Shown here piece by piece: positions 57,837 to 64,000 of a DNA stretch of 64,000 nt. The DNA comes from an uncultured Bacteroidales bacterium (lineage in GTDB: Bacteria; Bacteroidota; Bacteroidia; Bacteroidales; G3-4614), in assembly GCA_949297125.1 (NCBI GenBank), contig CASFRS010000013.1, positions 822 through 64,821 of the forward strand, read 5' to 3'. The first letter of the stretch is position 1. Every line of letters begins with the position of its first letter. A program made the position numbers and the translations under genes. Under the pieces are notes generated by a model that searched no databases, was not told the DNA's origin, and worked only from the letters and a program-made list of their open reading frames with translations.

Positions 57837-59873
57837 TCAACGCCCGAGCATCTTTTTCACCTGTTTCAGGACGTTTTCCGCCGAGAACCCGAATTTGTCG
57901 TCGAGCACTTTGTAGGGTGCCGAGTATCCGAAATGGTCGAGACCCCATACCACGCCGTTTATGCCGACCAGACGGGCCATTGCCGAGGGAAGTCCTGCTG
58001 TAAGGCCGAATATGGGCTTGTCGAGCGGAATTATGCTGTTGCGGTATTCGGGTGTCTGATCGAAGAAAAGGCCCGTCGAGGGAGCAGACACCACGCGGAC
58101 TTTTATCCCTTCGCCATGCAGCAGGGGTACAGCCGCCATGAGCGTGGAGACTTCAGAACCGCTCGCCACCATTATCACATCGGGGTCCTCGTCCTTGTAT
58201 ACTATATATGCCCCTTTTTCCATTTGCAGCGCTTCTTCGTAACGGTCGCCGCCCATTGCCGGAATATCGTTCACGTTCTGCCGCGACAGGATGAGCGCCG
58301 TAGGGGAATCGGTGTTCTCCATTGCCAGTTTCCATGCTATAACTGTTTCCGCACTGTCGGCCGGACGCAGTACAAGCATGCTGTTTTTACCCTTGTGATT
58401 CTTGAGTTCTTCCAACAGCCTTATCTGCGCCTCCTGTTCTACGGGCTGGTGCGTGGGTCCGTCCTCGCCGACGCGGAAGGCATCGTGCGTCCAGACATAT
58501 TTGACCGGCAGACGCATCAAAGCCGACATACGGGCCACAGGTTTTATATAGTCGGAGAAGACGAAGAACGTTCCGCTTGCGGCTATCATTCCGCCGTGCA
58601 ACACCATTCCGTTCATTATGGCAGCCATTGTTATTTCGCTGACTCCGGCGTGCAGGAACGCTCCGGTAAAGTCATACGGTTTGAAAGGATGCGTATGTTT
58701 CAGGAATCCGTCCGTCTTGTCGGAGTTCGCCAAGTCGGCCGAAGAGACTACCATATTCCCCACTTTCTCGCTCAGAACGGAGAGAACCGCCGATGATGCG
58801 ACACGGGTCGCCACTCCCGGCTTCACCTGTATGGAGCGGTAGTCAATCTCCGGCATATCACCGGAGAAATACTTTTTAAGCAACTCGGCTTTTTCGGGAT
58901 TGGCCTTCTCCCACTCGGCCTGCTCGGCCTTGCGCTGAGCAACTATCTTGCGCAACTCTTCCTTGCGCTCTTCATATAGCTGTACAGATTCGGGGAACAG
59001 GGCAAACGGCTCGTCGGGGTTGCCGCCGAGATTCAGTATCGTTTTCTCTACCGATGCTCCCGCCGCGCTTATGGGCTGTCCGTGCGTTGAGCACTCGCCT
59101 TCAAAACTGCTGCCGTCTTCCTTTACAATTCCTTTACCCATAACGGTATGCCCTATTATGAGGGTGGGACGGCGCGTCTCTCCCTGTGCAGCGACAAGGG
59201 CGTCGTATATCTGCTGCGAGTCGTTCCCGTCTATCTCTATCACGTTCCAGTTCCACGAACGGTATTTTGCCGCGGTATCTTCGGATGTTACGTCGTCGAC
59301 ACTCGTGGAGAGCTGTATGTTGTTGCTGTCGAAGAACATTATCAGGTTGCTCAGCCCGAAGTACCCGGCCATACGTCCTGCACCCTGCGAAATCTCTTCC
59401 TGTATTCCTCCGTCGGAAATGAAGGCATATGTTTTGTGGGCCATCCACTCGCCGAAGCGGGCAACCATGAACCTTTCGGCCATTGCCGCCCCGACGGCCA
59501 TTGCATGGCCCTGCCCGAGCGGACCGGATGTATTCTCTATTCCGCGCTCGAAATTCAACTCGGGATGCCCCGGGGTTACGCACCCCCACTGACGGAAATC
59601 CTTTATTTCTTCCATCGTGTATTTGCCCAGCATGGCCAATACGGAATAAAGCATGGGAGACATATGCCCGGGGTCGAGGAAGAACCTGTCGCGGTTAATC
59701 CACAATGCGTCATCGGGGTCGAAAACCATGACTTTTGAATAGAGGGTATTTATGAAATCAGCCCCGCCCATTGCCCCTCCGGGATGCCCGGATTTGGCCT
59801 TTTCAACCATCGCTACTGTAAGAACCCGAATATTGTCGGCTACTCTTTCCTGTATTTTCTTATCTATCGACAT
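57837..59873 (-). CDS. tkt: transketolase
   Basis: 678 aa, …KAKSGHPGGAMGGADF…, with the ThDP motif GDGGIQEEISQGA. Confidence 0.96.
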   Translation of the reverse strand: MSIDKKIQERVADNIRVLTVAMVEKAKSGHPGGAMGGADFINTLYSKVMVFDPDDALWINRDRFFLDPGHMSPMLYSVLAMLGKYTMEEIKDFRQWGCVTPGHPELNFERGIENTSGPLGQGHAMAVGAAMAERFMVARFGEWMAHKTYAFISDGGIQEEISQGAGRMAGYFGLSNLIMFFDSNNIQLSTSVDDVTSEDTAAKYRSWNWNVIEIDGNDSQQIYDALVAAQGETRRPTLIIGHTVMGKGIVKEDGSSFEGECSTHGQPISAAGASVEKTILNLGGNPDEPFALFPESVQLYEERKEELRKIVAQRKAEQAEWEKANPEKAELLKKYFSGDMPEIDYRSIQVKPGVATRVASSAVLSVLSEKVGNMVVSSADLANSDKTDGFLKHTHPFKPYDFTGAFLHAGVSEITMAAIMNGMVLHGGMIAASGTFFVFSDYIKPVARMSALMRLPVKYVWTHDAFRVGEDGPTHQPVEQEAQIRLLEELKNHKGKNSMLVLRPADSAETVIAWKLAMENTDSPTALILSRQNVNDIPAMGGDRYEEALQMEKGAYIVYKDEDPDVIMVASGSEVSTLMAAVPLLHGEGIKVRVVSAPSTGLFFDQTPEYRNSIIPLDKPIFGLTAGLPSAMARLVGINGVVWGLDHFGYSAPYKVLDDKFGFSAENVLKQVKKMLGR

Positions 59874-59896
59874 ATCTCACCAATGCTTTTGTGCCG

Positions 59897-59904
59897 CAAA
59901 AGTA
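59897..59904 (-). promoter_or_regulatory. -7 box TACTTTTG for tkt
   Basis: rc of caaaagta, 24 nt upstream of the ATG. Confidence 0.5.
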
Positions 59905-59986
59905 GTATTTATTCTCTAATTTATAAAATTGAGGTGCGTATAATTTTTTATCTTGCCTTTCCGCCTTTAAGGGTTCCCATACGGAA

Positions 59987-60033
59987 GAAGCAGGCACGGA
60001 TTCCGGCAAAAAATTGCCCTCCGTGCCTGCTTC
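59987..60033 (-). terminator. hairpin downstream of galK
   Basis: GAAGCAGGCACGGA…TCCGTGCCTGCTTC, a perfect 14-bp stem 25 nt after the galK stop. Confidence 0.6.
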
Positions 60034-60057
60034 CGTGCTATGCGTACCGGCGAACTG

Positions 60058-61209
60058 CTATTCGGCCAGTTTCCTCGAGCCGTCCCCTATGTTTACGGGG
60101 TATACCTTGGGCTCCTTACCGAAACGTTCGGCGAATCTGGCTTTTGCCGTAGCGATAAAGTTGTCGTATTTCTCGTCTTTTACAAGGTTTATCGTACATC
60201 CGCCGAATCCGCCTCCCATTACGCGCGAGCCGGTTACTCCGCACTCGGCTGCTATGTCGTTGAGATAGTCGAGTTCTTCGCAACTTACTTCGTAGAGTTT
60301 GCTCATACCGTGGTGCGTACCGTACATCTTCTGCCCTACGGTCTCGTAATCGCCCTGCTTGAGGGCCTCGCAGGCATCGAGCAGACGCTGTACCTCTTCT
60401 ATGACGTATTCTGCACGCATGTAGTCCTCGGCCGAAACTTCTGACGACACCTCTTTGAGCATGTCCATGGAGGCATCACGCAGATACTCCACTTCGGGAT
60501 GACGTTTGCGGATTGCCTTTACCACGGCTTCGCACGACTCGCGGCGTTTGTTGTAGGCCGACGATGCCAGTTCGTGCTTTACGCAGGTGTCGATAAGCAC
60601 CAGCCTGTACCCTACCGGGTTGAACGGTACGTATTCATACTCCAGCGAACGGCAGTCGAGGCGTATAAGGTGGCCGGCTTTCCCGAATACGGATGCGAAC
60701 TGGTCCATTATTCCGCATTTCACGCCGCAGTAGTTATGCTCGGTGGACTGCCCGATTTTTGCCAGTTCGAATTTGGGAAGTGCGTTATCGAACATTTCAT
60801 TGAGGGCATAGGCGAATGCGCTTTCCAACGCTGCCGACGATGAAAGCCCCGCTCCGAGGGGAACATCGCCGGAGAATACGGTATCGAACCCGGAAACCTT
60901 GCCGCCGCGCTTGATTATCTCGCGTACGACGCCGAATATGTAGCGCGCCCAGCTTTGTGACGGTGCGTCTTCCTCGTTCGTACCGAACTCGGCATATTCG
61001 TCGAGGTCGAGCGCGAAGGCCCTTATCTTGTCTGTTCCGTTTTTCTTTATTTCGGCCAACATCCCTTTGTCTATCGCTCCGGGCAATACAAAGCCGCCGT
61101 TATAGTCGGTATGTTCGCCTATGAGGTTTATTCTCCCGGGAGAAAAATACAAGTCGCCCGCCGTCCCGAAAAGGGATGCGAATTTGGCTCTCAATGCTTT
61201 GCTATCCAT
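60058..61209 (-). CDS. galK: galactokinase
   Basis: 383 aa with GRINLIGEHTDYNGG and GAGLSSSAALE (GHMP kinase). Confidence 0.96.
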   Translation of the reverse strand: MDSKALRAKFASLFGTAGDLYFSPGRINLIGEHTDYNGGFVLPGAIDKGMLAEIKKNGTDKIRAFALDLDEYAEFGTNEEDAPSQSWARYIFGVVREIIKRGGKVSGFDTVFSGDVPLGAGLSSSAALESAFAYALNEMFDNALPKFELAKIGQSTEHNYCGVKCGIMDQFASVFGKAGHLIRLDCRSLEYEYVPFNPVGYRLVLIDTCVKHELASSAYNKRRESCEAVVKAIRKRHPEVEYLRDASMDMLKEVSSEVSAEDYMRAEYVIEEVQRLLDACEALKQGDYETVGQKMYGTHHGMSKLYEVSCEELDYLNDIAAECGVTGSRVMGGGFGGCTINLVKDEKYDNFIATAKARFAERFGKEPKVYPVNIGDGSRKLAE

Positions 61210-61221
61210 ATTGTTCAGTTT

Positions 61222-62715
61222 TTAATCGTTTACGGGAATATTCTTGTTTACATTCTTGCACCCTACCAGTCCGTAATAGAGCAGGTATGCCAGCATAGCC
61301 ACTATCAGCCAGTAACTTGCCATATATCCTACGGAGTCGGATATGAACTGCTGCAACAGCGGCAATATGCCTCCGCCCACAACCATCATCATGAAGATTC
61401 CGGATGCCTGAGCAGTGTACTTGCCGAGACCTTCTACCGCAAGGTTGAAGATTCCGCCCCACATGAGCGACGTACAGAGACCGCACAACACGAGGAAAAG
61501 CGCACTGAGCGGCACTTTGGGGGTATCGAGCGACTTGATTACGTTTTCGGGGGTTATCTCCTCCTCGGCCAGCGCCTCCGTGTACGAGACGAGCTTGTCC
61601 TGGCTCGGTTCGGCGATGAAGGCCGCTATCTCATCGGCAGGCATCCCGGCATTTGTAAGGGTCGATGTAGTTGTCTCTATAGGGTCGTAAACTATCGTGG
61701 GAAGGTTTATCCCCTTTTCCTTAGGGGTGAAGATTGCTATTATTACAAAGATTATGGCTACCGACGATACGGTTATCAACTGTGCACGCGTGGAGACTTT
61801 GCCGCTTATCACGCTGCTGGTAAGACGGCCTACCAGCATCAGCAGCCAGTATATGGCAGCCACTGCCCCGCCTATTGCAGCCCCGTTCACCAGTATGCCT
61901 GCGCCTTTGGATGTCGAGTCGGCAAGGTAAAACAGAAGCGTGCCGGGTATGCCTATCTCTATTCCCACATATATGAAGATTCCTATTACTCCCAATACGG
62001 TATGGCGGAAACTCCACGGGCTGTACTCGAACTTCTCTTTCTTTACCTTGCCTTTCTGCAGGTGCGGCTCCGGTATTTTCACGAACGATATTACGATGAA
62101 CGTGAATGCGAATACGCCCATTGCCATAAAGAGCAGAGGCTCCACATCGGTCATTGTGGTATTTTTATTGACTGTACCTATAAGTACGCCCACAAAGAGC
62201 GGGGTGAGGGTCCCTGCAAGCGAGTTCAACGCGCCGCCAGCCTGTATCAGCTGGTTGCCTTTGTTGCCGCCGCCGCCGAGGAGGTTGAGCATGGGGTTTA
62301 CTACCGTATTGAGCATACATACGCAAAGACCGCAGATGAAAGCTCCGAGCAGGTAGATTATGAAGTTGAATTTTATTACGTATCCGCCCAGGGTGAATAC
62401 TTCTACGCCTGCCCCCGTTATACTGGAAAGGTACTGCAGGAAAAGGCCTATTACACCTACGGCCGTAGCTATAAGCGCCGTCTTTTTATACCCTATGCGC
62501 ACCAGCATGTTGCCGGCAGGGATTCCCATAAAGAGGTAGGCGAGAAAGTTCATCATGTTTCCCATCATGCCGAGGGTGTTGGCTCCGGCATATTGGTTTT
62601 TCCATATTGTCCCTACTGGGGCGGCGAGATTGGTTACGAACGAAATCATCGCGAAAAGGAAAAACATCGTGATAATCGCTATGATGTTGCGATTTTGTTT
62701 TGTTTGTTGCTCCAT
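61222..62715 (-). CDS. gluP: sugar MFS transporter (glucose/galactose, FucP/GluP family)
   Basis: 497 aa, 12-TM MFS. It sits between galM and galK as in other Bacteroidales. It carries an extra ~70-aa acidic loop. Confidence 0.8.
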   Translation of the reverse strand: MEQQTKQNRNIIAIITMFFLFAMISFVTNLAAPVGTIWKNQYAGANTLGMMGNMMNFLAYLFMGIPAGNMLVRIGYKKTALIATAVGVIGLFLQYLSSITGAGVEVFTLGGYVIKFNFIIYLLGAFICGLCVCMLNTVVNPMLNLLGGGGNKGNQLIQAGGALNSLAGTLTPLFVGVLIGTVNKNTTMTDVEPLLFMAMGVFAFTFIVISFVKIPEPHLQKGKVKKEKFEYSPWSFRHTVLGVIGIFIYVGIEIGIPGTLLFYLADSTSKGAGILVNGAAIGGAVAAIYWLLMLVGRLTSSVISGKVSTRAQLITVSSVAIIFVIIAIFTPKEKGINLPTIVYDPIETTTSTLTNAGMPADEIAAFIAEPSQDKLVSYTEALAEEEITPENVIKSLDTPKVPLSALFLVLCGLCTSLMWGGIFNLAVEGLGKYTAQASGIFMMMVVGGGILPLLQQFISDSVGYMASYWLIVAMLAYLLYYGLVGCKNVNKNIPVND

Positions 62716-62757
62716 TTTTCTTTGATTATAAGTTGTTATTGTTTTTTGTTGATGTTC

Positions 62758-63822
62758 TTATTCGCCTGCCGTAAACGTATAGACGCATTTCTGCGTGTAC
62801 CGCTCGCCCGGCCGCAGGAGGGTGGACGGGAAATGCGGCTTGTTGGGGGAATCGGGGAAATGCTGCGTTTCAAAGCATATCGCCGTACGCTCGGTGTACT
62901 TCCGACCGTGTTTCCCTTCAAACCCGTTCAGCCAGTTGCCCGTATACAGCTGCACACCCGGCTCGGTGGTCTCTACCGTCATGCCTATCCCGCTCAGGGG
63001 CGAATATGCCCTGGCCGCCAACGCGTACTCCCCGGGATACCTTTTTGTCAGGACATAGTTATGGTCGTAACCGCGCCCGTATACCAGCTGCCTGTATTTG
63101 TCATCAATCCTTGCACCCACTTCATACGGCTTGCGGAAGTCCATGGGGGTGCCCGATACGGAGAGTATCTCTCCGGTAGGTACCGACTTGTCGTCCATGG
63201 GGGTGAAGTATTTTGCGTTTATCGTTACTATATGGTTGGTTATCTCCCCGCATCCGTCGCCGTTGAGGTTGAAGAACGAATGGTGCGTGAGGTTTACGGT
63301 TGTAGGGGCATCGGTGTATGCTTCGTAGGCAATGCTCATCGCATTTTTTTCGGTAAGCCTGTATTCGACCTTTACGAACAGGTTCCCGGGGAAGCCCGAT
63401 TCCCCGTCGGGTGAAAGGTAGGTCAGTTCGAGTGTCGAGGCATCAACCTGCCGTGCATTCCACACGACGCTGTTGTACCCCGTTTTCCCGCCGTGCAGCG
63501 CGCAGTCGGGGTTGGACGAGTCTACCCGGTAGTTCTTTCCGTCGATATTGAACCTGCACTTGCCTATGCGGTTGCCGTACCGTCCTATAAGTGCCCCCAG
63601 ATACGGTTCGGGCGAATTGAGGTATTCGGCTATGCTGTTGTGCCCGAGTACCACGTCGCGCATCTCTCCGTTTGCATCGGGGACCATAAGCGACACAACT
63701 ATGCCGCCGTAATTGGTGATGCATATTTCCGCCCCGTTTTTATTGGTCAGGACGTAAAGCGCTACTTTTTTCCCTGCAACTTCGGCATCGAATGCCGATT
63801 CCTGTAATCCAGAAAGTGTCAT
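62758..63822 (-). CDS. galM: aldose 1-epimerase (galactose mutarotase)
   Basis: ATG at 63822 (MTLSGLQESAFDAEV…). Contains NLTHHSFFNL and …FETQHFPDSPN. The longer tracked start at 63861 abuts the -7 box. Confidence 0.9.
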   Translation of the reverse strand: MTLSGLQESAFDAEVAGKKVALYVLTNKNGAEICITNYGGIVVSLMVPDANGEMRDVVLGHNSIAEYLNSPEPYLGALIGRYGNRIGKCRFNIDGKNYRVDSSNPDCALHGGKTGYNSVVWNARQVDASTLELTYLSPDGESGFPGNLFVKVEYRLTEKNAMSIAYEAYTDAPTTVNLTHHSFFNLNGDGCGEITNHIVTINAKYFTPMDDKSVPTGEILSVSGTPMDFRKPYEVGARIDDKYRQLVYGRGYDHNYVLTKRYPGEYALAARAYSPLSGIGMTVETTEPGVQLYTGNWLNGFEGKHGRKYTERTAICFETQHFPDSPNKPHFPSTLLRPGERYTQKCVYTFTAGE

Positions 63823-63866
63823 ATCCTTATAGTTTTTCTGCCCCCTGCCAACAGAAAGCATTGTTA

Positions 63867-63874
63867 CAAATTTA
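63867..63874 (-). promoter_or_regulatory. -7 box TAAATTTG for galM-gluP-galK
   Basis: rc of caaattta, 45 nt upstream of ATG 63822. Confidence 0.5.
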
Positions 63875-64000
63875 GTTCTATTTTACATCCGTTATCAACC
63901 CTTGCAACATGTTTTAAAACATATCGCAACTTCACGCCGTCCTTTTCCCGCGGCATCAGAGCCCGGTTCAATATTCGCGTTCGCCGAATATGGTCGTACC

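Noticed and set aside
61111-63414. 767-aa plus-strand ORF spanning gluP and galM
   Set aside because: It is an antisense shadow ORF crossing an intergenic spacer. It has no recognisable domains, and both sense genes have strong family signatures.
63969-64000. Tail of a minus-strand ORF (…GTTIFGEREY*) at the window edge
   Set aside because: Only about 10 codons are visible, so neither coding status nor identity can be established.
1-64000. CRISPR arrays, tandem repeats, IS elements, toxin-antitoxin or known defence genes
   Set aside because: I recognised none while reading the intergenic regions and the ORF translations. A manual scan cannot exclude short dispersed repeats.

Overview
The window looks like a Bacteroidales (Bacteroidota) chromosome. 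The evidence is repeated TAnnTTTG -7 promoter boxes just upstream of start codons, a Na+-NQR operon, a TamL-type lipoprotein and a protein carrying a T9SS C-terminal sorting domain. The moderately high GC and T9SS content suggest something Alistipes-like, but I cannot verify that here. About 85% of the window is recognisable housekeeping sequence. This includes the ilvD-ilvB-ilvN-thioesterase-ilvC operon, tamL, a heavy-metal RND efflux operon, a four-subunit 2-oxoacid:ferredoxin oxidoreductase, typA, rpsO, thyA-folA, rsgA, frr, pyrH, birA, tadA, rnz, dsbD, nqrABCDEF, folB, ung, tkt, galM-gluP-galK and one tRNA-Ser(CGA). The main candidate for an undescribed system is a minus-strand cluster at 22912-28714. 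It encodes five proteins, each with a type-I signal peptide and no lipobox or T9SS CTD. By pattern they appear built from CsgG/LpoB-like alpha/beta modules, LPP20/FlgP-like modules, a small beta domain and a long E/A/K coiled coil. A DUF975-like membrane protein follows the cluster. Secondary candidates: (1) a kinase-less operon encoding a membrane protein, a RIC-like hemerythrin and a pseudo-receiver LuxR regulator; (2) a His/Cys-rich exported mini-protein heading the metal efflux operon; (3) an ORF-free, promoter-flanked 375-nt stretch upstream of tRNA-Ser; (4) a T9SS-sorted GH85 endo-beta-N-acetylglucosaminidase. No CRISPR array, transposase, integrase or obvious defence gene was seen. All family calls come from motif recognition by eye, and no database search was run.
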